Positions 1 through 7,415 of a stretch of DNA of 30,215 bases are shown here, piece after piece (positions within the stretch are counted from its first letter, which is position 1; every line of letters begins with the position of its first letter). Below the pieces are notes generated by a model. That model saw only the letters and a program-made list of their open reading frames with translations. It was not told the origin of the DNA and made no database searches. This stretch comes from a virus (Duplodnaviria > Caudoviricetes). The stretch lies in the IMG/VR virus record IMGVR_UViG_3300042889_000813, positions 1 to 30,215 of that record; one strand, given 5' to 3'. Position numbers and translations under genes: made by a program.

Positions 1-216
1 TTGCTCTACATGTTCTTTTGGTTTACCACAACCATATTCGATTAAAATCTTTGCGCTTGCTATCCTATCTGATGGTCTTTTAGCTTCATCAATCATTATC
101 TCAGCTAATACTCTGAAAGCATCTTCAACGTGTGGCTGTGCTAAAGTAAAACCTTTTATCTCATCTGATAAAGGCTTTCTTCCTGACCCTTCTCTTTTGC
201 CTCCGTGTGTGTTCAT
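1..216 (-). CDS. Putative terminase small subunit, N-terminal part (runs off window start)
   Basis: Hand-translated MNTHGGKREGSGRKPLSDEIKGFTLAQPHVEDAFRVLAEIMIDEAKRPSDRIASAKILIEYGCGKPKEHVEQ. The GGxRxGxGRK start and A..L..YG.GKP motif are typical of small terminase-like proteins. Confidence 0.6.
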   Translation of the reverse strand, partial: MNTHGGKREGSGRKPLSDEIKGFTLAQPHVEDAFRVLAEIMIDEAKRPSDRIASAKILIEYGCGKPKEHVEQ

Positions 217-240
217 TTGAAATCCTTTGATTAGTCAAGT

Positions 241-633
241 CTACCCTAAAAATCCGCCTTGCCCTTCAGGGAATGACTCTTTGTTATATTCATTAAAAAC
301 TATTCTTGTTTTGCGTAACATATCGTTTAAACAACTAGCGCATGAAGTTGGTCGCTCGTTTGTTTTGAATACTCTATTGTAAACCTTTAAGAACTCAATT
401 TGTTGACTTGGTTTAATCTTAACAGATATTTGAGGTAATAACTCTTCCAATAGCTTGTATTCAGGTTCTGTTAAGCATTCAGGTGTTTTGTAAGGGAATA
501 ATTTGTTTAGTATTTCTTTACGTTTATCGCATCCACAATCTTTCCCAGCAATGAATTTAACAGCTTTGTCAATCCCTGTTGCTTCAGTAAACTTAGCTAC
601 TGTATCTCCAAACCCTTTTGATCTTTTTGCCAT
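241..633 (-). CDS. Conserved Cys-rich phage protein upstream of terminase
   Basis: 130 aa ORF with SKGFGDTVAKFT...DCGCDKRKE.LN and CxxC motifs, a pattern I recognise from Bacteroidota phages. Confidence 0.7.
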   Translation of the reverse strand: MAKRSKGFGDTVAKFTEATGIDKAVKFIAGKDCGCDKRKEILNKLFPYKTPECLTEPEYKLLEELLPQISVKIKPSQQIEFLKVYNRVFKTNERPTSCASCLNDMLRKTRIVFNEYNKESFPEGQGGFLG

Positions 634-1076
634 ATCTTTAGTTTTCTTTTACATTTTTTAATAGTGTGAAAAATAGAAGTCAAACTTATTTTAGTTTCCT
701 TTTCTAATTCTCGCATTGATTTTCCGCTTCGTAAATATAATAAAAATAGTTGTTGATCAAACCATTCCCATGTTTTTATTTCATCTTCAACACTTTGATA
801 GTATAACTCAATTTCGTACGTTTTGTTGTTTTCATCCTCTGATAGGTCAACAAGTAGGTCGATGTCAACCATTGAAACATTCCGCTTGCATGAGTCATAA
901 AAAGAGTTGCGCAGCATAATCCAAATGAATGATTTGGTTATTACTTGACCTTTGCCGTATTTGTGAAAACGAATGTACATATCTTGAACGATGTCTTCCG
1001 CTTCGGTCTTAGCCCCAAAGCGTTTAACAATCCGTACCCATTCGTCGTGATGCTTTGCTATTTCAATTAAATCCAT
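597..1076 (-). CDS. ECF-type (sigma24-like) RNA polymerase sigma factor, probable late sigma
   Basis: Region 2 motif AEDIVQDMYIRF...LRNSFYD and region 4 HTH SMRELEKETKISLTSIFHTIKKCKRKL. Confidence 0.85.
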   Translation of the reverse strand: MDLIEIAKHHDEWVRIVKRFGAKTEAEDIVQDMYIRFHKYGKGQVITKSFIWIMLRNSFYDSCKRNVSMVDIDLLVDLSEDENNKTYEIELYYQSVEDEIKTWEWFDQQLFLLYLRSGKSMRELEKETKISLTSIFHTIKKCKRKLKIWQKDQKGLEIQ

Positions 1077-1092
1077 GGGGTTAAAGATAACG

Positions 1093-1125
1093 AAAAAACC
1101 CTTACACCAATTGCTGCAAGGGTTT
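1093..1125 (-). terminator. Intrinsic terminator upstream of the sigma gene
   Basis: Minus strand AAACCCTTGCA-GCAATTGG-TGTAAGGGTTT hairpin ending in a T6 run. Confidence 0.6.
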
Positions 1126-1226
1126 AAAAAAACGAAATGTTGGCGTGTTACGACCGTATCGTGATATGCTAAGTTTTAGGCACTTAGATTTATGGTACTT
1201 GTCCATTAGCCATAGTAACACTTTAA

Positions 1227-1523
1227 TCACATACCAACATTTGGTTTTCTTTTTTTTATTAACATTTCTATTGAACCAAAATTAATTGTTGTGTCTTTAT
1301 AATATTCGTTTTCTCTAAAATCTGCAAACCCTAATTCAACACATAAACAGTGTATTTCATGAGTATATTCTTCAATTTTTATTGAATTATAGTGTAAATT
1401 AGTAGATGCCTTTTTATTATAATTACCAATTAATTTTATGTTAATTTGCTCATTTTGTTTTTTTGTTTGAATGTAAGACTTTAAAAAAGATTGAAGTCTT
1501 ATTAATTTTTCTAAGTCTTTCAT
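1227..1523 (-). CDS. Hypothetical protein
   Basis: 98 aa ORF packed in the minus-strand operon. Confidence 0.65.
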   Translation of the reverse strand: MKDLEKLIRLQSFLKSYIQTKKQNEQINIKLIGNYNKKASTNLHYNSIKIEEYTHEIHCLCVELGFADFRENEYYKDTTINFGSIEMLIKKRKPNVGM

Positions 1524-1528
1524 ATTAA

Positions 1529-1813
1529 TTATTCTTTAATAAACGTTCCGTTAATTGTTTTACCTTTTCGGTATTCAATAACTTTAAAGGCACGTTTTGC
1601 ACAATCTTCTAACGAGTAACCCATTTGATTTGCTAATATAACAAGTGTGATGTAAGTGTCTCCTAGCGCATCAATCGTTTCTGAAATATCTCGCTTTAAT
1701 ATTGCAGAGGATAACTCCCCAACTTCCTCTACAACCTTTGCAAACTGTTGAAACTTATTGTCGGGGTTGTCTAACTTTCTAGCCTTAGCCCAATTTATTA
1801 TTTCTCTTTCCAT
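1529..1813 (-). CDS. MazG-like NTP pyrophosphohydrolase
   Basis: KVVEEVGEL...DALGDTYITLVILA...RKGKTINGTFIKE. Start reassigned to MEREIINW (1813) to avoid overlap with the upstream ORF. Confidence 0.85.
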   Translation of the reverse strand: MEREIINWAKARKLDNPDNKFQQFAKVVEEVGELSSAILKRDISETIDALGDTYITLVILANQMGYSLEDCAKRAFKVIEYRKGKTINGTFIKE

Positions 1814-1814
1814 A

Positions 1815-2018
1815 TTACCAATTTTTACCTGTAAATTTATTTTTACGACTTTGTTCATTTATAAGGTCTAAACCAAAGACAACAGTAGTAACAATAGGGA
1901 AAAACCAAAGCATCGGGTTTATTCCATTAAATTTATCTATTTTATACAATTTTTTATTTAACCATCTATTTAAAAATACGTTAGCTACATAAACTAAGAT
2001 TATTATTACTGTTTCCAT
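1815..2018 (-). CDS. Small membrane protein
   Basis: 67 aa with two hydrophobic stretches. Confidence 0.6.
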   Translation of the reverse strand: METVIIILVYVANVFLNRWLNKKLYKIDKFNGINPMLWFFPIVTTVVFGLDLINEQSRKNKFTGKNW

Positions 2019-2353
2019 TCTTTTAAGTATAAATCAATTAAAAACTTTGTCTTCTCTAAATCCTGTACAAAGTTACCTTTTTTTCTGCATCTTACCACTC
2101 TTTTTATAATGTCACTTTCCCATGCATTTAGTCCTTGTTGTTCTGCAAATAGATACAAACTACCTTTCTCATTATTGTAATAACTTGGTGCGTTATCGGT
2201 CACTACTTCAAAGTAGTTCTCGAAAGTGTCAAACTGATGGTCTTGCCCTTTGTCGTTTATTACCCAAATGTAACTCTTTGTTTGCCCTACAACTTCGTAA
2301 ACTTTACCGTATGTAAAATTAGCAAAGTATTTTTCTATACATCTTAATTTCAT
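2006..2353 (-). CDS. Fusion of an N-terminal beta-barrel-like module and a DUF3310 (T7 gp1.7-like) domain
   Basis: N-term LRCI...FTYGKVYEV...INDKG; C-term PSYY...LNAWESDIIKRVVRCRKKG...QDLEKTKFLID. Confidence 0.6.
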   Translation of the reverse strand: MKLRCIEKYFANFTYGKVYEVVGQTKSYIWVINDKGQDHQFDTFENYFEVVTDNAPSYYNNEKGSLYLFAEQQGLNAWESDIIKRVVRCRKKGNFVQDLEKTKFLIDLYLKEWKQ

Positions 2354-2712
2354 AAATTATACATTTTTGATATTTCTTCATTAATACCGTAATCAATTAG
2401 GTATCTTTTACCATTTAGTTCTCCCCAGTTAGCTTTGTTGTAAAGGTCGCACATATCAATATCAAGCTCTTTAATAGCTTTTTTTACATTTGCTATGTCA
2501 TAGTGGTCAACTGCCTTAATAGGGTCGTATCGTTTCATTCTGATTATTCCACGGTTGTAACTGTAAAGTTCGCCTAATATACCGAGGTCTTTGTATTTAT
2601 CCCAAAGGTCGCGTTCTTGTAAACATTGTAAGTACCCACGTAAACTGATGGGCACTTTAACAACGTAATCCTTGAATATAAAAACAACTCTTGTACTAAC
2701 TTTTATCTTCAT
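2350..2712 (-). CDS. Minimal protein-kinase-like protein
   Basis: VVKVP (beta3 Lys), QERDLW (alphaC Glu), CDLYNKANWG (catalytic loop), LIDYG (DFG-like). Confidence 0.6.
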   Translation of the reverse strand: MKIKVSTRVVFIFKDYVVKVPISLRGYLQCLQERDLWDKYKDLGILGELYSYNRGIIRMKRYDPIKAVDHYDIANVKKAIKELDIDMCDLYNKANWGELNGKRYLIDYGINEEISKMYNL

Positions 2713-2930
2713 TTTAAAAAGTGTTTTATTATTTCAAATTTACTTTTTTGCATTGTTATAAACTTACCGTCTACTCTTGCAAAGATACTATTTGTTTTTA
2801 AACTTCGCTTAATATTACACACCCTACATACTTTTGTTTTGCCTTTTTCGGCTTTGACTTGGTATTTGGAATCATCTTTTAAAAACAAAAACAAGGGTAG
2901 ATTTCGCTTGCATTTAAAACAAATTTTCAT
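2709..2930 (-). CDS. Zinc-ribbon protein
   Basis: KICFKC...F.KD...CRVC, resembling N-terminal Zn fingers of phage endonucleases but without a nuclease domain. Confidence 0.6.
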   Translation of the reverse strand: MKICFKCKRNLPLFLFLKDDSKYQVKAEKGKTKVCRVCNIKRSLKTNSIFARVDGKFITMQKSKFEIIKHFLK

Positions 2931-2934
2931 ACTT

Positions 2935-3093
2935 TCATAATACTTCTAATTTTACATATTCTTCCCAATCTAACCCTTTAATTAACAATTCTACTGCCCT
3001 ATCATATTCTGAATGGTCTTCAGTAAAATTTGAGGGTACTTCTCCATTCTCCCATAGTGAATAAAGAAATTCATTTGCTTTTTTTCTTGTCAT
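2935..3093 (-). CDS. Hypothetical 52 aa protein
   Basis: Hand-translated MTRKKANEFLYSLWENGEVPSNFTEDHSEYDRAVELLIKGLDWEEYVKLEVL; fills an operon gap. Confidence 0.6.
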   Translation of the reverse strand: MTRKKANEFLYSLWENGEVPSNFTEDHSEYDRAVELLIKGLDWEEYVKLEVL

Positions 3094-3104
3094 AATTTAT
3101 TTAA

Positions 3105-3281
3105 TTAACTTCCGCAGTACAAGCATTCCTCAAGGTCATCATCATCTGCACTTGGATTGGTTTCTATTTCGGGATTAAGTTGTTTCTTCAACTCATAAAT
3201 TTCCATCATTAACTCCCCATCTTTAAAGATGTCTCCAGTTAACATTCCTTTTAATTCTTCAATCTTTTCTTTAATTTCCAT
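3105..3281 (-). CDS. 58 aa acidic protein with C-terminal CxxCGS
   Basis: Hand-translated MEIKEKIEELKGMLTGDIFKDGELMMEIYELKKQLNPEIETNPSADDDDLEECLYCGS. Confidence 0.7.
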   Translation of the reverse strand: MEIKEKIEELKGMLTGDIFKDGELMMEIYELKKQLNPEIETNPSADDDDLEECLYCGS

Positions 3282-3426
3282 CGTTATCCTTATTATAAAA
3301 TGCTTTTCTAATTAATCTACCTACATTAATGACACCGACCCTATTCTCTCTAAACTTCCAACGGTCGACATCAAACTGCATTGCTATCATCCATCGTTGC
3401 CTGTTCTTGTTATTTCTTGAAATCAT
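3271..3426 (-). CDS. Hypothetical basic 51 aa protein
   Basis: MISRNNKNRQRWMIAMQFDVDRWKFRENRVGVINVGRLIRKAFYNKDNDGN; ATGA overlap with the upstream stop. Confidence 0.55.
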   Translation of the reverse strand: MISRNNKNRQRWMIAMQFDVDRWKFRENRVGVINVGRLIRKAFYNKDNDGN

Positions 3427-3605
3427 AATTTTTCTATTTCTTCTTTAACTTCTTGCCAATAATAAATCATTGAATAAACACACGTTTTTAGACATTCATC
3501 AACTGCAATTAAGGCGTGTTTTATTGCTATTTCTCTACTTGCAAAATATTGGAAATCATTCTCCATTTTTTCAACTATCTCTATTGCTTTTTCTTTCGGT
3601 GTCAT
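3423..3605 (-). CDS. Hypothetical phage protein (MTPKEKA family)
   Basis: MTPKEKA...ALIAVDE...YWQEVKEEIEKL, a pattern common in Bacteroidota phages. Confidence 0.7.
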   Translation of the reverse strand: MTPKEKAIEIVEKMENDFQYFASREIAIKHALIAVDECLKTCVYSMIYYWQEVKEEIEKL

Positions 3606-3910
3606 TGTATCTGAACTTTAATATTTTCTTTGAACTCGTCAATCTGCTTGATAATGTTGCTATAAGTCTGTGCCATTGTCTCATTGTTATTCTCTACAAA
3701 TGTAGTCGCAAACCTTTCAACTCCATTGATGAACTGATTTATAGTGCGTTTAATTTCGTGCTTGTGAAACATATTGTCGCTTACATCATCCAGTGAATGT
3801 AGTGCAGATTGGCATAACATCATTGCACGTGCTATGTGACTGTAGTATTCAATCGCCTTTAGGCGTTTAGCCTCACTTAAGTCAGCAAGGCTTTTAACGT
3901 CTTTCTTCAT
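3602..3910 (-). CDS. Hypothetical helical protein
   Basis: Start reassigned to MKKDVKSL (3910), directly after the DUF3127 stop. Confidence 0.65.
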   Translation of the reverse strand: MKKDVKSLADLSEAKRLKAIEYYSHIARAMMLCQSALHSLDDVSDNMFHKHEIKRTINQFINGVERFATTFVENNNETMAQTYSNIIKQIDEFKENIKVQIQ

Positions 3911-3911
3911 A

Positions 3912-4208
3912 TTAAAATGGTTCTGTTGATTCAACTTTATTAACTCTCCACACGTCAATCGACGTGAAATACTTGCCTTGCCATTCGTTTGTTTTAAAGT
4001 TAAACAACACCTCAACTTCTTGGTCAACCTTGTTATACTGCAAGAACTTATCTACTTTCTCCGTTCCAAAGATTCCAAACTTTACCGCTTGAGGGTATTG
4101 GCCTTCTGTCTCTGTTACTACAAACTCTATTTTCTTGTTTGCACCCACTTCAATCACTTCTAAAATGTTAGTGATCTTTCCGTTAAATTTCATTTCATTT
4201 TTGCTCAT
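3912..4208 (-). CDS. DUF3127 family protein (putative OB-fold ssDNA-binding protein)
   Basis: EFVVTETEGQYPQ.V.F...V.V.FN...EWQGKYFTSIDVWRV; acidic tail ending in PF. Confidence 0.8.
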   Translation of the reverse strand: MSKNEMKFNGKITNILEVIEVGANKKIEFVVTETEGQYPQAVKFGIFGTEKVDKFLQYNKVDQEVEVLFNFKTNEWQGKYFTSIDVWRVNKVESTEPF

Positions 4209-4347
4209 CTTCTTTTATTTTATTATTTGCTATTCTAAACGCCTCTTTGACGCATTCTGTTACACTATACTTTTTCTTTTGGTACTTTAGTCGCATCCGT
4301 ATCTCGTCTATTGGGATGTCACTAAAGTCAATTATACTTCTTTTCAT
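4195..4347 (-). CDS. Hypothetical 50 aa protein
   Basis: MKRSIIDFSDIPIDEIRMRLKYQKKKYSVTECVKEAFRIANNKIKEDEQK; coupled overlaps with neighbours. Confidence 0.55.
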   Translation of the reverse strand: MKRSIIDFSDIPIDEIRMRLKYQKKKYSVTECVKEAFRIANNKIKEDEQK

Positions 4348-4427
4348 AATGTTTTTAAATAATATTCTAACTCTTCTCCTTCTAATTGCTGAATCTCATA
4401 AGTGGACTCATAATATAAATCATTCAT
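4344..4427 (-). CDS. 27 aa acidic micro-protein
   Basis: MNDLYYESTYEIQQLEGEELEYYLKTL; ATGA overlaps at both ends. Confidence 0.45.
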   Translation of the reverse strand: MNDLYYESTYEIQQLEGEELEYYLKTL

Positions 4428-4918
4428 TTTATTGCTAAGTTAATGTTTTCTACTAAACGACAACCATAAACTTCTTGTCCGCTTTCGATTGCTTTTTTTA
4501 TTGCCACCTTGTCTGCTGTTTCTGTAACTTTTACAGTCTTGTATTGCTTTGGCAAGTCATTCACATCGTAATCAACAACAACCTGCTTAGATTTACGTGT
4601 GCTAAATTTTAAGAATCCTGCATCATAATTACCAAATACATTTACGGCTTGTAAGAGATTTGATTTAAGTTTCGATACCAATGTATCGTTATGCTTTTTA
4701 ATCGCTTGTAATCGCTTTATTTCATCGTCTATTCTATCGTTTAAACTTTCTCTTTGCTTGATAACTTCAACATAAGCAATTGACTTAACTTCTAACTCCG
4801 ATTTCTTAATGATTAGTTCTTCTTCTAACTCAGGAGTCAACACACCTTCTGCCATTTCTATCCTGCCAAATAACTCCATGTATTCAGCATTTATTTTGTA
4901 TAGTGATTTTTCTAACAT
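4424..4918 (-). CDS. Siphovirus Gp157 family protein
   Basis: SLYKI...EIKRLQ..K...FSTRKS..V...ADKVAIKKAIESGQEVYGCRLVEN..L.IK; adjacent to a recombinase. Confidence 0.85.
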   Translation of the reverse strand: MLEKSLYKINAEYMELFGRIEMAEGVLTPELEEELIIKKSELEVKSIAYVEVIKQRESLNDRIDDEIKRLQAIKKHNDTLVSKLKSNLLQAVNVFGNYDAGFLKFSTRKSKQVVVDYDVNDLPKQYKTVKVTETADKVAIKKAIESGQEVYGCRLVENINLAIK

Positions 4919-5415
4919 AGCTCTAATTGTTTAGGTGTTAATTCAAATTTTTCTTTTAATTTTTCCATTGTGTAAGACCCATCTTTAATTTTAGCAAGTG
5001 CAGCAGCTAACCTGTCGTCTGTAATTGTTTCTTTACGCTTGCCTGTCTGTTCACCACTTGCATCGATGTCTTTATCTGTTACAAGGCCTAACATAGAACT
5101 CAAAGTATATCGTCTGAAGTAAGTAAACGCAGACCCCATAACCTGGTAGTCATTCATCCCTTTGAGCTGTACGTTCATTGGAATATCTGCAATGCTTTCA
5201 ATAGACTCACCGCTTTCAATGTGGAATACTATTGTTTTCATTTGATTGTTTACTATCGGTTGCGTAAAACCTAACCCATGCTTTTTCATTAATGGATTGA
5301 TTACTTTGTAAATCGCTGTAAGGTCTGCGTATGAGTACCCATAACCTGCAGTACCCTTGTGTATTGTTGGAACCTCCTGTTGAAAGTTAGCCAACGCTCT
5401 GTATAAGTTTTTCAT
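4912..5415 (-). CDS. erf: ERF family ssDNA-annealing recombinase
   Basis: GYGYSYADL...GL.FTQ...Q..GSAFTYFRRYTLSSMLGL..D.D.D motif. Confidence 0.88.
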   Translation of the reverse strand: MKNLYRALANFQQEVPTIHKGTAGYGYSYADLTAIYKVINPLMKKHGLGFTQPIVNNQMKTIVFHIESGESIESIADIPMNVQLKGMNDYQVMGSAFTYFRRYTLSSMLGLVTDKDIDASGEQTGKRKETITDDRLAAALAKIKDGSYTMEKLKEKFELTPKQLELC

Positions 5416-5624
5416 GATACAATTAATTTAACATTGTTTTTCTTAAAGATTGTCTTTTCTAAATCGTACTCGATTGAATCCCAATTTATGTTTAAGTCGT
5501 CAATCAATACATCTTGTTTTATCGCTCCAAGTAAAATATCGTATCTTGTTACGCTAACATAAAAGAACTTGCTAGCATCGACCTTCCGAAGGATCAATGC
5601 TAATTTTCTGAGGTTTGTTTTCAT
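5412..5624 (-). CDS. Hypothetical protein, first gene of recombination operon
   Basis: 70 aa ORF immediately downstream of a promoter. Confidence 0.65.
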   Translation of the reverse strand: MKTNLRKLALILRKVDASKFFYVSVTRYDILLGAIKQDVLIDDLNINWDSIEYDLEKTIFKKNNVKLIVS

Positions 5625-5648
5625 TGTGTGTTTTGTTTAGTTATGTTA

Positions 5649-5679
5649 CAAATATAATCATTAATTATTAATCTGCAAG
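5649..5679 (-). promoter_or_regulatory. Bacteroidota primary-sigma promoter (-33/-7)
   Basis: Minus strand CTTG-N19-TATATTTG matches TTTG/TAnnTTTG; A-rich leader before the ATG at 5624. Confidence 0.75.
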
Positions 5680-6003
5680 TATCTCTTTAAATTTTTCTAA
5701 ACTTTTTATTAAATAATATTTGAAGCCTTGGTTTTCAACAAGCGTTTGGAACTCTTTTTGTTTGTCAGATTGCCTACCAACGTCTGTTTTTACTTCGATA
5801 AAATACACGTCACCAAAGTGTATCATAATTAAATCAGATACACCCGAAAACAATCCTGTTGCAATTTTTCTCATTTGTTCCTTTGCATCTTTTGAATCAT
5901 TAGGTACTGAAAAAATTAAATTTCGTGGAACATGTTTCTTTAAACAATAATTATTTCTATACCACATTACTATTTCCTGTTGAATTTTGTCTTCACTTTT
6001 CAT
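5668..6003 (-). CDS. VRR-NUC domain nuclease (resolvase-like)
   Basis: SE..IQ..I...SVPN...GVSDLI...FIEVKT..GRQSDKQKEF. Confidence 0.88.
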   Translation of the reverse strand: MKSEDKIQQEIVMWYRNNYCLKKHVPRNLIFSVPNDSKDAKEQMRKIATGLFSGVSDLIMIHFGDVYFIEVKTDVGRQSDKQKEFQTLVENQGFKYYLIKSLEKFKEILAD

Positions 6004-7415
6004 TTGTACTTTAAATTAAATTGTCTGTTTGCCCATCCTTTTTTATAGCCCATGTATTTCTCATAAGCGAAATAATCTTCTTTTGTTTTCAATTGGTGGA
6101 ATATCCATGATACTTTGTAACCTTTTGCTTTTTGTATCATTTCTAGTTCTTTAAAAGTTGCACCTTGTATTTTAGATTTTAAAGCGTTTGAAGATAGTTT
6201 TTGAAGTTCTACAATTACGTCTTCCTCTTTTTCCTTTTCGGACTTTTCAAACACGTGACCACATTCGGGACAATCCATAATTCTTGCAGGCATAAGATAA
6301 CAACAATCTGGACATTCTTTTATTGGTGCCGCACCTTCTTTTTTTTCTTTTTTCTTTAAATTCCATTTTCTTGGTGCTTCCCAGTAGTGGTGTCTTTGAA
6401 TATTATTTCCAAAATCTAATATTGTAAATTCATTTTTTGTTGGCATAACTCTCGAACCACGTCCAACCATTTGGAGGAATAAAGGCAAAGACTTTGTTGC
6501 TCTGTATAAAATTACAACTTCAATAGTCGGGCAGTCAAAGCCTGTTGTTAATATACCATAATTTGATAGTATTGCACCTTCTGTTTTTTCAAACCATTCT
6601 ATAACTTCATCTCTATTATTCATGTAACAATCCACATGCTTTGCGTTCAAGCCTTTGCTTACAAATGAATTTACAAGCTCAACCGATGAATCCCTGCTTG
6701 GCGCAAATATTATCGCTTTTTTACCGTTGCAAATTTTTGTATAATTATCATACACACCGTGGTAAAGTTGTATCTCTGAATATTTATCAGCCATGCTTTT
6801 TTCATCATAATCACCAGCTTTTGTTTTTACACCTTTTAAATCAACTTTAACACCATATGAAATAGGAGTTGATAAATTACCACTGTCAATTAAGTCAGGT
6901 GTATCTATGACTTGTATAATGTCATCGTAAAACTTTTCTAAACTTAATTGTTTGCCCTCTCGGTGTGGTGTTGCAGTTGCACCTATTACATACGTTTTTT
7001 TATTTATGTAATCAAATAATCCATCAAATATAGATTTGTGAGCTTCGTCAATTATGATTAAATCCAAACTATCAATCCACTCTTTTAATATTTCAATCCT
7101 ACGCATTACCGTTTGAATCATTCCAACAAATAGATTTTCGTTTAAATCTACCTTTGAATTAGGTTTTATTAATTGTGGCTTTAATCCTAACTTTAATAAT
7201 ACGCTATCTGACTGAGAAAACAACTCCTTCCTATCTGTTAGAATGAGTATTTTTTTATTCTTTGTAAATGCGTTTTTACACATGTAGGAAAACATAACAG
7301 TTTTGCCCGAACCTGTTGGGGCGCATAAAACTATTTTTTTGTTTCCTTTTTTAAATGAATTTTGTAATTCATCTACATATTGTTTCTGATATTCTCTAAG
7401 TTCTAAAATGGGCAT
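6000..7415 (-). CDS. Superfamily II helicase with C-terminal Zn finger
   Basis: LREYQ, APTGSGKT, IIDEAH, GATATP, TTGFDCP, QMVGRGSR, CPDC...CPEC. Confidence 0.93.
   Translation of the reverse strand: MPILELREYQKQYVDELQNSFKKGNKKIVLCAPTGSGKTVMFSYMCKNAFTKNKKILILTDRKELFSQSDSVLLKLGLKPQLIKPNSKVDLNENLFVGMIQTVMRRIEILKEWIDSLDLIIIDEAHKSIFDGLFDYINKKTYVIGATATPHREGKQLSLEKFYDDIIQVIDTPDLIDSGNLSTPISYGVKVDLKGVKTKAGDYDEKSMADKYSEIQLYHGVYDNYTKICNGKKAIIFAPSRDSSVELVNSFVSKGLNAKHVDCYMNNRDEVIEWFEKTEGAILSNYGILTTGFDCPTIEVVILYRATKSLPLFLQMVGRGSRVMPTKNEFTILDFGNNIQRHHYWEAPRKWNLKKKEKKEGAAPIKECPDCCYLMPARIMDCPECGHVFEKSEKEKEEDVIVELQKLSSNALKSKIQGATFKELEMIQKAKGYKVSWIFHQLKTKEDYFAYEKYMGYKKGWANRQFNLKYK

Noticed and set aside
1086-1114. 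Autoregulatory ECF promoter for the sigma gene (GCAAT-N18-GTTATC)
   Set aside because: It mismatches both boxes and the spacer of the four clean promoters and overlaps a terminator; TATCTTTA could equally be a weak host -7 box.
1102-1230. 42-codon GTG-start ORF (VIKVLLWLMDKY...)
   Set aside because: Short, no motif, and runs into the terminator hairpin; support is insufficient.
3911-4027. N-terminal extensions in the ORF track (also 1814-1858, 12307-12348, 12691-12726, 18270-18305, 26368-26400)
   Set aside because: They overlap upstream genes; downstream ATGs give tight translational coupling.
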